The position numbers were made by a program, and so were the translations under genes. A stretch of DNA of 64,000 nt from Eledone cirrhosa (Eukaryota): contig OZ024741.1 of NCBI GenBank assembly GCA_964016885.1, positions 72,106,001 through 72,170,000 on the forward strand, given 5' to 3'. A model generated the notes under the pieces. It saw nothing but the letters and a program-made list of their open reading frames with translations. It did not search any database and was not told the DNA's origin. The stretch's first letter is position 1. Every line of letters begins with the position of its first letter. Positions 25,387 through 38,919 of the stretch are shown piece after piece.

Positions 25387-28300
25387 AGTGTTTTTATGGT
25401 GGTGTTGTTGTGTCTTGATTGACTGGTAGAGACAGTGTTTTTATTGTGGTGTTGTAGTGTCTTGATTGACTGGGAGAGAGTGTTTTTATGATGGTGTTGT
25501 AGAGTATTGATTGACTGGGAGAGACAGTGTTTTTATGGTGGTGTTGTAGTGTCTTGATTGACTGGGAGAGGCAGTGTTTTTATGGTGGTGTTGTAGTTGC
25601 TTGATTGACTGGGAGAGACAGTGTTTTTATTATGGTGGTGATGTAGTGTCTTGATTGACTGGGAAGGCAGTGTTTTTATGGTGGTGTGGTAGTGACTTGA
25701 TTGACTGGGAGAGACACTGTTTTTATGGTGCTGTTGTTGTGTCTTGATTGACTGGGAGAGACAGTGTTTTTATGGTGGTGTTGTTTTGTCTTGATTGACT
25801 GGTAGAGACAGTGTTTTTATTGTGGTGTTGTAGTGTCTTGATTGAGTGGGAGAGACAGTGTTTTTATGGTGGTGGTGTAGAGTCTTGATTGACTGGGAGA
25901 GAGTGTTTTTATGGTGGTGTTGTAGTTGCTTGATTGACTGGGAGAGACAGTGTTTTTATGGTGGTGTTGTAGTGTCTTGATTGACTGGGAGAGACAGTGT
26001 TTTTATGGTTGTGTTGTAGTGACTTGATTGACTGGGAGAGACAGTGTTTTTATGGTGGTTTTGTAGTGTCTTGATTGACTGGGAGAGACAGTGTTTTTAT
26101 GGTGGTGTTGTAGTTGCTTGATTGACTGGGAGAGACAGTGTTTTTATGGTGGTGTTGTAGTGTCTTGATTGACTGGGAGAGGCAGTGTTTTTATGGTTGT
26201 GTTGTAGTGACTTGATTGACTGGGAGAGACAGTGTTTTTATGGTGGTTTTGTAGTGTCTTGATTGACTGGGAGAGACAGTGTTTTTATGGTGGTGTTGTT
26301 GTGTCTTGATTGACTGGGAGAGACAGTGTTATTATTGTGGTGTTGTAGTGTCTTGATTAACTCGAAGAGACAGTGTTTTTATGGTGGTGTTGTAGTGTCT
26401 TGATTTACTGGGAGAGGCATTGTTTTTATGGTGGTGTTGTAGACTCTTGATTGACTGGGAGAGAGTGTTTTTATGGTGGTATTGTAGTGTCTTGATTGAC
26501 TGGGAGAGAGAATGTTTTTATGGTGGTGTTGTAGTGTCTTAATTGAATGGGAGAGTGTGTTTTTATGGTGGTTTTGTAGTGCCTTGATTGACTGGGAGAG
26601 AGTGTTTTTATGGTGGTGTTGGAGTATCTTGATTGACTGGGAGAGAGAGTGTTTTGTTGGTGGTGTTGTTGTGTCTTGATTGACTGGGAGAGACAGTGTT
26701 TTTATGGTGGTGTTGTTGTGTCTTGATTGACTCGAAGAGACAGTGTTTTTATGGTGGTGTTGTAGTGTCCTGATTTACTGGGAGAGGCAGTGTTTTTATG
26801 GCGGTGTTGTAGTTTCTCGATTGACTGGGAGAGACGGTGTTTTTATGGCGGTGTCGTAATTACTTGATTGACTGGGAGAGACAGTGTTTTTATGGTGGTG
26901 CTGTAGTGTCTCGATTGACTGGGAGAGGCAGTGTTTTTATGGTGGTGTTGTAGATGCTTGATTGACTGGGAGAGACAGTGTTCTTATGGTGGTTTTGTAG
27001 TGTCTTGATTGACTGGGAGAGACAGTGTTTTTATGGTGGTGTTGTTGTGTCTTGATTGACTGGGAGAGACAGTGTTTTTATTGTGGTGTTGTAGTGTCTT
27101 GATTAACTCGAAGAGACAGTGTTTTTATGGTGGTGTTGTAGTGTCTTGATTTACTGGGAGAGGCAGTGTTTTTATGGCGGTGTTGTAGTTTCTTGATTGA
27201 CCGGGAGAGACAGTGTTTTTATGGTGGTGTTGTAGACTCTTGATTGACTGGGAGAGAGAATGTTTTTATGGTGGTGTTGTAGTGTCTTAATTGAATGGGA
27301 GAGTGTGTTTTTATGGTGGTTTTGTAGTGTCTTGATTGACTGGGAGAGAGTGTTTTTATGGTGGTGTTGGAGTATCTTGATTGACTGGGAGAGACAGTGT
27401 TTTTATGGTGGTGTTGTTGTGTCTTGATTGACTGGGAGAGACAGTGTTTTTATGGTGGTATTGTAGTGTCTTGATTGACTGGGAGAGAGAATGTTTTTAT
27501 GGTGGTGTTGTAGTGTCTTAATTGAATGGGAGAGTGTGTTTTTATGGTGGTTTTGTAGTGTCTTGATTGACTGGGAGAGAGTGTTTTTATGGTGGTGGTT
27601 GGAGTATCTTGATTGACTGGGAGAGACAGTGTTTTTATGGTGGTGTTGTTGTGTCTTGATTGACTGGTAGAGACAGTTTTTTTATTGTGGTGTTGTAGTG
27701 TCTTGATTGACTCGAAGAGACAGTGTTTTTATGGTGGTGCTGTAGTGTCTTGATTTACTGGGAGAGGCAGTGTTTTTATGGCGATGTTGTAGTGTCTTGA
27801 TTGACTGGGAGAGACCGTGTTTTTATGGTGGTGTTGTTGTGTCTTGATTGACTCGAAGAGACAGTGTTTTTATGGTGGTGTTGTAGTGTCCTGATTTACT
27901 GGGAGAGGCAGTGTTTTTATGGCGGTGTTGTAGTGTCTTGATTGACTGGGAGAGGCAGTGTTTTTATGGTGGTGTTGTAGTTGCTTGATTGACTGGGAGA
28001 GACAGTGTTTTTATGGTGGTGTTGTAGTGTCTTGATTGACTGGGAGAGACAGTGTTTTTATGGTTGTGTTGTAGTGACTTGATTGACTGGGAGAGACAGT
28101 GTTTTTATGGTGGTTTTGTAGTGTCTTGATTGACTGGGAGAGACAGTGTTTTTATGGTGGTGTTGTTGTGTCTTGATTGACTGGGAGAGACAGTGTTTTT
28201 ATTGTGGTGTTGTAGTGTCTTGATTGACTGGGAGAGACAGTGTTTTTATGGTGGTGCTGTAGTGTCTTGATTGACTGGGAGAGGCAGTGTTTTTATGGTG

Positions 28301-31300
28301 GTGTTGTAGTTGCTTGATTGACTGGGAGAGACAGTGTTTTTATGGTGGTGTTGTAGTGTCTTGATTGACTGGGAGAGACAGTGTTTTTATGGTTGTGTTG
28401 TAGTGACTTGATTGACTGGGAGAGACAGTGTTTTTATGGTGGTTTTGTAGTGTCTTGATTGACTGGGAGAGACAGTGTTTTTATGGTGGTGTTGTTGTGT
28501 CTTGATTGACTGGGAGAGACAGTGTTTTTATTGTGGTGTTGTCGTGTCTTGATTGACTGGGAGAGACACTGTTTTTATGGTGGTGTTGTTGTGTCTTGAT
28601 TGACTCGAAGAGACAGTGTTTTTATGGTGGTGTTGTAGTGTCCTGATTTACTGGGAGAGGCAGTGTTTTTATGGCAGTGTTGTAGTGTCTTGATTGACTG
28701 GGAGAGGCAGTGTTTTTATGGTGGTGTTGTTGTGTCTTGATTGACTGGTAGAGACAGTGTTTTTATTGTGGTGTTGTAGTGTCTTGATTGACTGGGAGAG
28801 AGTGTTTTTATGATGGTGTTGTAGAGTATTGATTGACTGGGAGAGACAGTGTTTTTATGGTGGTGTTGTAGTGTCTTGATTGACTGGGAGAGGCAGTGTT
28901 TTTATGGTGGTGTTGTAGTTGCTTGATTGACTGGGAGAGACAGTGTTTTTATTATGGTGGTGATGTAGTGTCTTGATTGACTGGGAAGGCAGTGTTTTTA
29001 TGGTGGTGTGGTAGTGACTTGATTGACTGGGAGAGACACTGTTTTTATGGTGCTGTTGTTGTGTCTTGATTGACTGGGAGAGACAGTGTTTTTATGGTGG
29101 TGTTGTTTTGTCTTGATTGACTGGTAGAGACAGTGTTTTTATTGTGGTGTTGTAGTGTCTTGATTGAGTGGGAGAGACAGTGTTTTTATGGTGGTGGTGT
29201 AGAGTCTTGATTGACTGGGAGAGAGTGTTTTTATGGTGGTGTTGTAGTTGCTTGATTGACTGGGAGAGACAGTGTTTTTATGGTGGTGTTGTAGTGTCTT
29301 GATTGACTGGGAGAGACAGTGTTTTTATGGTTGTGTTGTAGTGACTTGATTGACTGGGAGAGACAGTGTTTTTATGGTGGTTTTGTAGTGTCTTGATTGA
29401 CTGGGAGAGACAGTGTTTTTATGGTGGTGTTGTAGTTGCTTGATTGACTGGGAGAGACAGTGTTTTTATGGTGGTGTTGTAGTGTCTTGATTGACTGGGA
29501 GAGGCAGTGTTTTTATGGTTGTGTTGTAGTGACTTGATTGACTGGGAGAGACAGTGTTTTTATGGTGGTTTTGTAGTGTCTTGATTGACTGGGAGAGACA
29601 GTGTTTTTATGGTGGTGTTGTTGTGTCTTGATTGACTGGGAGAGACAGTGTTATTATTGTGGTGTTGTAGTGTCTTGATTAACTCGAAGAGACAGTGTTT
29701 TTATGGTGGTGTTGTAGTGTCTTGATTTACTGGGAGAGGCATTGTTTTTATGGTGGTGTTGTAGACTCTTGATTGACTGGGAGAGAGTGTTTTTATGGTG
29801 GTATTGTAGTGTCTTGATTGACTGGGAGAGAGAATGTTTTTATGGTGGTGTTGTAGTGTCTTAATTGAATGGGAGAGTGTGTTTTTATGGTGGTTTTGTA
29901 GTGCCTTGATTGACTGGGAGAGAGTGTTTTTATGGTGGTGTTGGAGTATCTTGATTGACTGGGAGAGAGAGTGTTTTGTTGGTGGTGTTGTTGTGTCTTG
30001 ATTGACTGGGAGAGACAGTGTTTTTATGGTGGTGTTGTTGTGTCTTGATTGACTCGAAGAGACAGTGTTTTTATGGTGGTGTTGTAGTGTCCTGATTTAC
30101 TGGGAGAGGCAGTGTTTTTATGGCGGTGTTGTAGTTTCTCGATTGACTGGGAGAGACGGTGTTTTTATGGCGGTGTCGTAATTACTTGATTGACTGGGAG
30201 AGACAGTGTTTTTATGGTGGTGCTGTAGTGTCTCGATTGACTGGGAGAGGCAGTGTTTTTATGGTGGTGTTGTAGATGCTTGATTGACTGGGAGAGACAG
30301 TGTTCTTATGGTGGTTTTGTAGTGTCTTGATTGACTGGGAGAGACAGTGTTTTTATGGTGGTGTTGTTGTGTCTTGATTGACTGGGAGAGACAGTGTTTT
30401 TATTGTGGTGTTGTAGTGTCTTGATTAACTCGAAGAGACAGTGTTTTTATGGTGGTGTTGTAGTGTCTTGATTTACTGGGAGAGGCAGTGTTTTTATGGC
30501 GGTGTTGTAGTTTCTTGATTGACCGGGAGAGACAGTGTTTTTATGGTGGTGTTGTAGACTCTTGATTGACTGGGAGAGAGAATGTTTTTATGGTGGTGTT
30601 GTAGTGTCTTAATTGAATGGGAGAGTGTGTTTTTATGGTGGTTTTGTAGTGTCTTGATTGACTGGGAGAGAGTGTTTTTATGGTGGTGTTGGAGTATCTT
30701 GATTGACTGGGAGAGACAGTGTTTTTATGGTGGTGTTGTTGTGTCTTGATTGACTGGGAGAGACAGTGTTTTTATGGTGGTATTGTAGTGTCTTGATTGA
30801 CTGGGAGAGAGAATGTTTTTATGGTGGTGTTGTAGTGTCTTAATTGAATGGGAGAGTGTGTTTTTATGGTGGTTTTGTAGTGTCTTGATTGACTGGGAGA
30901 GAGTGTTTTTATGGTGGTGGTTGGAGTATCTTGATTGACTGGGAGAGACAGTGTTTTTATGGTGGTGTTGTTGTGTCTTGATTGACTGGTAGAGACAGTT
31001 TTTTTATTGTGGTGTTGTAGTGTCTTGATTGACTCGAAGAGACAGTGTTTTTATGGTGGTGCTGTAGTGTCTTGATTTACTGGGAGAGGCAGTGTTTTTA
31101 TGGCGATGTTGTAGTGTCTTGATTGACTGGGAGAGACCGTGTTTTTATGGTGGTGTTGTTGTGTCTTGATTGACTCGAAGAGACAGTGTTTTTATGGTGG
31201 TGTTGTAGTGTCCTGATTTACTGGGAGAGGCAGTGTTTTTATGGTGGTGTTGTAGTGTCTTGATTGACTGGGAGAGGCAGTGTTTTTATGGTGGTGTTGT

Positions 31301-34300
31301 AGTTGCTTGATTGACTGGGAGAGACAGTGTTTTTATGGTGGTGTTGTAGTGTCTTGATTGACTGGGAGAGACAGTGTTTTTATGGTTGTGTTGTAGTGAC
31401 TTGATTGACTGGGAGAGACAGTGTTTTTATGGTGGTTTTGTAGTGTCTTGATTGACTGGGAGAGACAGTGTTTTTATGGTGGTGTTGTTGTGTCTTGATT
31501 GACTGGGAGAGACAGTGTTTTTATTGTGGTGTTGTAGTGTCTTGATTGACTGGGAGAGACAGTGTTTTTATGGTGGTGCTGTAGTGTCTTGATTGACTGG
31601 GAGAGGCAGTGTTTTTATGGTGGTGTTGTAGTTGCTTGATTGACTGGGAGAGACAGTGTTTTTATGGTGGTGTTGTAGTGTCTTGATTGACTGGGAGAGA
31701 CAGTGTTTTTATGGTTGTGTTGTAGTGACTTGATTGACTGGGAGAGACAGTGTTTTTATGGTGGTTTTGTAGTGTCTTGATTGACTGGGAGAGACAGTGT
31801 TTTTATGGTGGTGTTGTTGTGTCTTGATTGACTGGGAGAGACAGTGTTTTTATTGTGGTGTTGTCGTGTCTTGATTGACTGGGAGAGACACTGTTTTTAT
31901 GGTGGTGTTGTTGTGTCTTGATTGACTCGAAGAGACAGTGTTTTTATGGTGGTGTTGTAGTGTCCTGATTTACTGGGAGAGGCAGTGTTTTTATGGCAGT
32001 GTTGTAGTGTCTTGATTGACTGGGAGAGGCAGTGTTTTTATGGTGGTGTTGTTGTGTCTTGATTGACTGGTAGAGACAGTGTTTTTATTGTGGTGTTGTA
32101 GTGTCTTGATTGACTGGGAGAGAGTGTTTTTATGATGGTGTTGTAGAGTATTGATTGACTGGGAGAGACAGTGTTTTTATGGTGGTGTTGTAGTGTCTTG
32201 ATTGACTGGGAGAGGCAGTGTTTTTATGGTGGTGTTGTAGTTGCTTGATTGACTGGGAGAGACAGTGTTTTTATTATGGTGGTGATGTAGTGTCTTGATT
32301 GACTGGGAAGGCAGTGTTTTTATGGTGGTGTGGTAGTGACTTGATTGACTGGGAGAGACACTGTTTTTATGGTGCTGTTGTTGTGTCTTGATTGACTGGG
32401 AGAGACAGTGTTTTTATGGTGGTGTTGTTTTGTCTTGATTGACTGGTAGAGACAGTGTTTTTATTGTGGTGTTGTAGTGTCTTGATTGAGTGGGAGAGAC
32501 AGTGTTTTTATGGTGGTGGTGTAGAGTCTTGATTGACTGGGAGAGAGTGTTTTTATGGTGGTGTTGTAGTTGCTTGATTGACTGGGAGAGACAGTGTTTT
32601 TATGGTGGTGTTGTAGTGTCTTGATTGACTGGGAGAGACAGTGTTTTTATGGTTGTGTTGTAGTGACTTGATTGACTGGGAGAGACAGTGTTTTTATGGT
32701 GGTTTTGTAGTGTCTTGATTGACTGGGAGAGACAGTGTTTTTATGGTGGTGTTGTAGTTGCTTGATTGACTGGGAGAGACAGTGTTTTTATGGTGGTGTT
32801 GTAGTGTCTTGATTGACTGGGAGAGGCAGTGTTTTTATGGTTGTGTTGTAGTGACTTGATTGACTGGGAGAGACAGTGTTTTTATGGTGGTTTTGTAGTG
32901 TCTTGATTGACTGGGAGAGACAGTGTTTTTATGGTGGTGTTGTTGTGTCTTGATTGACTGGGAGAGACAGTGTTATTATTGTGGTGTTGTAGTGTCTTGA
33001 TTAACTCGAAGAGACAGTGTTTTTATGGTGGTGTTGTAGTGTCTTGATTTACTGGGAGAGGCATTGTTTTTATGGTGGTGTTGTAGACTCTTGATTGACT
33101 GGGAGAGAGTGTTTTTATGGTGGTATTGTAGTGTCTTGATTGACTGGGAGAGAGAATGTTTTTATGGTGGTGTTGTAGTGTCTTAATTGAATGGGAGAGT
33201 GTGTTTTTATGGTGGTTTTGTAGTGCCTTGATTGACTGGGAGAGAGTGTTTTTATGGTGGTGTTGGAGTATCTTGATTGACTGGGAGAGAGAGTGTTTTG
33301 TTGGTGGTGTTGTTGTGTCTTGATTGACTGGGAGAGACAGTGTTTTTATGGTGGTGTTGTTGTGTCTTGATTGACTCGAAGAGACAGTGTTTTTATGGTG
33401 GTGTTGTAGTGTCCTGATTTACTGGGAGAGGCAGTGTTTTTATGGCGGTGTTGTAGTTTCTCGATTGACTGGGAGAGACGGTGTTTTTATGGCGGTGTCG
33501 TAATTACTTGATTGACTGGGAGAGACAGTGTTTTTATGGTGGTGCTGTAGTGTCTCGATTGACTGGGAGAGGCAGTGTTTTTATGGTGGTGTTGTAGATG
33601 CTTGATTGACTGGGAGAGACAGTGTTCTTATGGTGGTTTTGTAGTGTCTTGATTGACTGGGAGAGACAGTGTTTTTATGGTGGTGTTGTTGTGTCTTGAT
33701 TGACTGGGAGAGACAGTGTTTTTATTGTGGTGTTGTAGTGTCTTGATTAACTCGAAGAGACAGTGTTTTTATGGTGGTGTTGTAGTGTCTTGATTTACTG
33801 GGAGAGGCAGTGTTTTTATGGCGGTGTTGTAGTTTCTTGATTGACCGGGAGAGACAGTGTTTTTATGGTGGTGTTGTAGACTCTTGATTGACTGGGAGAG
33901 AGAATGTTTTTATGGTGGTGTTGTAGTGTCTTAATTGAATGGGAGAGTGTGTTTTTATGGTGGTTTTGTAGTGTCTTGATTGACTGGGAGAGAGTGTTTT
34001 TATGGTGGTGTTGGAGTATCTTGATTGACTGGGAGAGACAGTGTTTTTATGGTGGTGTTGTTGTGTCTTGATTGACTGGGAGAGACAGTGTTTTTATGGT
34101 GGTATTGTAGTGTCTTGATTGACTGGGAGAGAGAATGTTTTTATGGTGGTGTTGTAGTGTCTTAATTGAATGGGAGAGTGTGTTTTTATGGTGGTTTTGT
34201 AGTGTCTTGATTGACTGGGAGAGAGTGTTTTTATGGTGGTGGTTGGAGTATCTTGATTGACTGGGAGAGACAGTGTTTTTATGGTGGTGTTGTTGTGTCT

Positions 34301-35360
34301 TGATTGACTGGTAGAGACAGTTTTTTTATTGTGGTGTTGTAGTGTCTTGATTGACTCGAAGAGACAGTGTTTTTATGGTGGTGCTGTAGTGTCTTGATTT
34401 ACTGGGAGAGGCAGTGTTTTTATGGCGATGTTGTAGTGTCTTGATTGACTGGGAGAGACCGTGTTTTTATGGTGGTGTTGTTGTGTCTTGATTGACTCGA
34501 AGAGACAGTGTTTTTATGGTGGTGTTGTAGTGTCCTGATTTACTGGGAGAGGCAGTGTTTTTATGGCGGTGTTGTAGTGTCTTGATTGACTGGGAGAGGC
34601 AGTGTTTTTATGGTGGTGTTGTAGTTGCTTGATTGACTGGGAGAGACAGTGTTTTTATGGTGGTGTTGTAGTGTCTTGATTGACTGGGAGAGACAGTGTT
34701 TTTATGGTTGTGTTGTAGTGACTTGATTGACTGGGAGAGACAGTGTTTTTATGGTGGTTTTGTAGTGTCTTGATTGACTGGGAGAGACAGTGTTTTTATG
34801 GTGGTGTTGTTGTGTCTTGATTGACTGGGAGAGACAGTGTTTTTATTGTGGTGTTGTAGTGTCTTGATTGACTGGGAGAGACAGTGTTTTTATGGTGGTG
34901 CTGTAGTGTCTTGATTGACTGGGAGAGGCAGTGTTTTTATGGTGGTGTTGTAGTTGCTTGATTGACTGGGAGAGACAGTGTTTTTATGGTGGTGTTGTAG
35001 TGTCTTGATTGACTGGGAGAGACAGTGTTTTTATGGTTGTGTTGTAGTGACTTGATTGACTGGGAGAGACAGTGTTTTTATGGTGGTTTTGTAGTGTCTT
35101 GATTGACTGGGAGAGACAGTGTTTTTATGGTGGTGTTGTTGTGTCTTGATTGACTGGGAGAGACAGTGTTTTTATTGTGGTGTTGTCGTGTCTTGATTGA
35201 CTGGGAGAGACACTGTTTTTATGGTGGTGTTGTTGTGTCTTGATTGACTCGAAGAGACAGTGTTTTTATGGTGGTGTTGTAGTGTCCTGATTTACTGGGA
35301 GAGGCAGTGTTTTTATGGCAGTGTTGTAGTGTCTTGATTGACTGGGAGAGGCAGTGTTTT
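25387..35360 (+). repeat. Higher-order repeat, period 3322 bp (about 71 monomers), three near-identical tandem copies
   Basis: GTTTTGTTGG at 26651, 29973 and 33295; GGTAGAG at 25425 and 28747. Private variants (TTTCTCGA, TAATTAC, AGATGC, GTTCTTAT, GGCGATG) recur at the same spacing. Confidence 0.93.
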
Positions 35361-38300
35361 TATGGTTGTGTTGTAGTGACTTGATTGACTGGGAGAGACA
35401 GTGTTTTTATGGTGGTTTTGTAGTGTCTTGATTGACTGGGAGAGACAGTGTTTTTATGGTGGTGTTGTAGACTCTTGATTGACGGGGAGAGAGTGTTTTT
35501 ATGGTGGTATTGTAGTGTCTTGATTGACTGGGAGAGAGAGTGTTTTTATGGCGGTGTTGTAGTGTCTTAATTGAATGGGAGAGTGTGTTTTTATGGTGGT
35601 ATTGTAGTGTCTTAATTGAATGGGAGAGTGTGTTTTTATGGTGGTTTTGTAGTGTCTTGATTGACTGGGAGAGAGTGTTTTTATGGTGGTGTTGGAGTGT
35701 CTTGATTGACTCGGAGAGAGAGTTTTTGTATGGTGGTGTTGTATTGACTTGATTGACTGGGAGAGACAGTGTTTTTATGGTGCTGTTGTAGTGTCTTGAT
35801 TGACTGGGAGAGACACTGTTTTTATGGTGGTGTTGTTGTGTCTTGATTGACTCGAAGAGACAGTGTTTTTATGGTGGTGTTGTGTCCTGATTTACTGGGA
35901 GAGGCAGTGTTTTTATGGTGGTGTTGTTGTGTCTTGATTGACTGGTAGAGACAGTTTTTTTATTGTGGTGTTGTAGTGTCTTGATTGACTCGAAGAGACA
36001 GTGTTTTTATGGTGGTGTTGTAGTGTCTTGATTTACTGGGAGAGGCAGTGTTTTTATGGCGGTGTTGTAGTGTCTTGATTGACTGGGAGAGACAGTGTTT
36101 TTATGGGGTGTTGTCGTGTCTTGATTGACTGGGAGAGACAGTGTTTTTATTGTGGTGTTGTAGTGTCTTGATTAACTCGAAGAGACAGTGTTTTTATGGT
36201 GGTGTTGTAGTGTCTTGATTTACTGGGAGAGGCAGTGTTTTTATGGCGGTTTTGTAGTTTCTTGATTGACTGGGAGAGACAGTGTTTTTATGGTGGTGTT
36301 GTAGACTCTTGATTGACTGGGAGAGAGTGTTTTTATGGTGGTATTGTAGTGTCTTGAATGACTGGGAGAGAGAATGTTTTCATGGTGGTGTTGTAGTGTC
36401 TTAATTGAATGGGAGAGTGTGTTTTTATGGTGGTGTTGTAGTGTTTTAATTGAATGGGAGAGTGCGTTTTTATGGTGGTTTTGTAGTGTCTTGATTTACT
36501 GGGAGAGGCAGTGTTTTTATCGCGGTGTTGTAGTTTCTTGATTGACTGGGAGAGACAGTGTTTTTATGGTGGTGTTGTAGACTCTTGATTGACTGGGAGA
36601 GAGTGTTTTTATGGTGGTATTGTAGTGTCTTGATTGACTGGGAGAGAGAATATTTTTATGGTGGTGTTGTAGTGTCTTAATTGAATGGGAGAGTGTGTTT
36701 TTATGGTGCTGTTGTAGTGTCTTGATTGACTGGGAGAGACAGTGTTTTTATGGTGGTGGTGTAGAGTCTTGATTGACTGGGAGAAAGTGTTTTTATGGTG
36801 GTGTTGTAGAGTATTGATTGACTGGGAGAGACAGTGTTTTTATGGTGGTGTTGTAGTGTCTTGATTGACTGGGAGAGACAGTGTTTTTATGGTGGTGTTG
36901 TAGTGTCTTGATTGACTCGAAGAGACAGTGTTTTTATGGTGGTGTTGTAGTGTCTTGATTTACTGGGAGAGGCAGTGTTTTTATGGCGGTGTTGTAGTTT
37001 CTTGATTGACTGGGAGAGACAGTGTTTTTATGGTGGTGTTGTAGACTCTTGATTGACGGGGAGAGAGTGTTTTTATGGTGGTATTGTAGTGTCTTGATTG
37101 ACTGGGAGAGAGAGTGTTTTTATGGCGGTGTTGTAGTGTCTTAATTGAATGGGAGAGTGTGTTTTTATGGTGGTATTGTAGTGTCTTAATTGAATGGGAG
37201 AGTGTGTTTTTATGGTGGTTTTGTAGTGTCTTGATTGACTGGGAGAGAGTGTTTTTATGGTGGTGTTGGAGTGTCTTGATTGACTCGGAGAGAGAGTTTT
37301 TGTATGGTGGTGTTGTATTGACTTGATTGACTGGGAGAGACAGTGTTTTTATGGTGCTGTTGTAGTGTCTTGATTGACTGGGAGAGACACTGTTTTTATG
37401 GTGGTGTTGTTGTGTCTTGATTGACTCGAAGAGACAGTGTTTTTATGGTGGTGTTGTAGTGTCCTGATTTACTGGGAGAGGCAGTGTTTTTATGGCGGTG
37501 TTGTAGTGTCTTGATTGACTGGGAGAGGCAGTGTTTTTATGGTGGTGTTGTAGTTGCTTGAATGACTGGGAGAGACAGTGTTTTTATGGTGGTGTTGTAG
37601 TGTCTTGATTGACTGGGAGAGACACTGTTTTTATGGTGGTGTTGTAGTTTCTTGATTGACTGGCAGAGACAGTGTTTTTATGGTGGTGTTGTAGTTTCTT
37701 GATTGACTGGGAGAGAGTGTTTTTATGGTGGTGTTGTAGTGTCTTGATTGACTGGGAGAGACAGTGTTTTTATGGTGGTGTTGTAGTGACTTGATTGACT
37801 GGGAGAGACAGTGTTTTTATGGTGGTGTTGTGTCTTGATTGACTGGTAGAGACAGTGTTTTTATTGTGGTGTTGTAGTGTCTTGATTGACTGGGAGAGAG
37901 TGTTTTTATGATGGTGTTGTAGAGTATTGATTGACTGGGAGAGACAGTGTTTTTATGGTGGTGTTGTAGTGTCTTGATTGACTGGGAGAGGCAGTGTTTT
38001 TATGGTGGTGTTGTAGTTGCTTGATTGACTGGGAGAGACAGTGTTTTTATTATGGTGGTGATGTAGTGTCTTGATTGACTGGGAAGGCAGTGTTTTTATG
38101 GTGGTGTGGTAGTGACTTGATTGACTGGGAGAGACACTGCTTTTATGGTGCTGTTGTTGTGTCTTGATTGACTGGGAGAGACCGTGTTTTTATGGTGGTG
38201 TTGTTTTGTCTTGATTGACTGGTAGAGACAGTGTTTTTATTGTGGTGTTGTAGTGTCTTGATTGAGTGGGAGAGAGTGTTTTTATGGTGGTGTTGTTGTA

Positions 38301-38919
38301 TCTTAATTTACTGGGAGAGGCAGTGTTTTTATGGCGGTGTCGTAATTTCTTGATTGACTGGGAGAGACAGTGTTTTTATGGTGGTGCTGTAGTGTCTTGA
38401 TTGACTGGGAGAGGCAGTGTTTTTATGGTGGTGTTGTAGTTGCTTGATTGACTGGGAGAGACAGTGTTTTTATGGTGGTGTTGTAGTGTCTTGATTGACT
38501 GGGAGAGACAGTGTTTTTATGGTTGTGTTGTAGTGACTTGATTGACTGGGAGAGACAGTGTTTTTATGGTGGTTTTGTAGTGTCTTGATTGACTGGGAAA
38601 GACAGTGTTTTTATGGTGGTGTTGTTGTGTCTTGATTGACTGGGAGAGACAGTGTTTTTATTGTGGTGTTGTAGTGTCTTGATTGACTGGGAGAGACACT
38701 GTTTTTATGGTGGTGTTGTTGTGTCTTGATTGACTCGAAGAGACAGTGTTTTTATGGTGGTGTTGTAGTGTCCTGATTTACTGGGAGAGGCAGTGTTTTT
38801 ATGGCGGTGTTGTAGTGTCTTGATTGACTGGGAGAGGCAGTGTTTTTATGGTGGTGTTGTAGTTACTTGAATGACTGGGAGAGACAGTGTTTTTATGGTG
38901 GTGTTGTAGTGTCTTGATT

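Noticed and set aside
25920-26290. Nucleosome-length (4 x 47 = 188 bp) periodicity or phased A-tract bending
   Set aside because: Only a local 188-bp duplication is seen, not an array-wide tetramer period. T5 tracts every 47 bp (about 4.5 helical turns) are not helically in phase.
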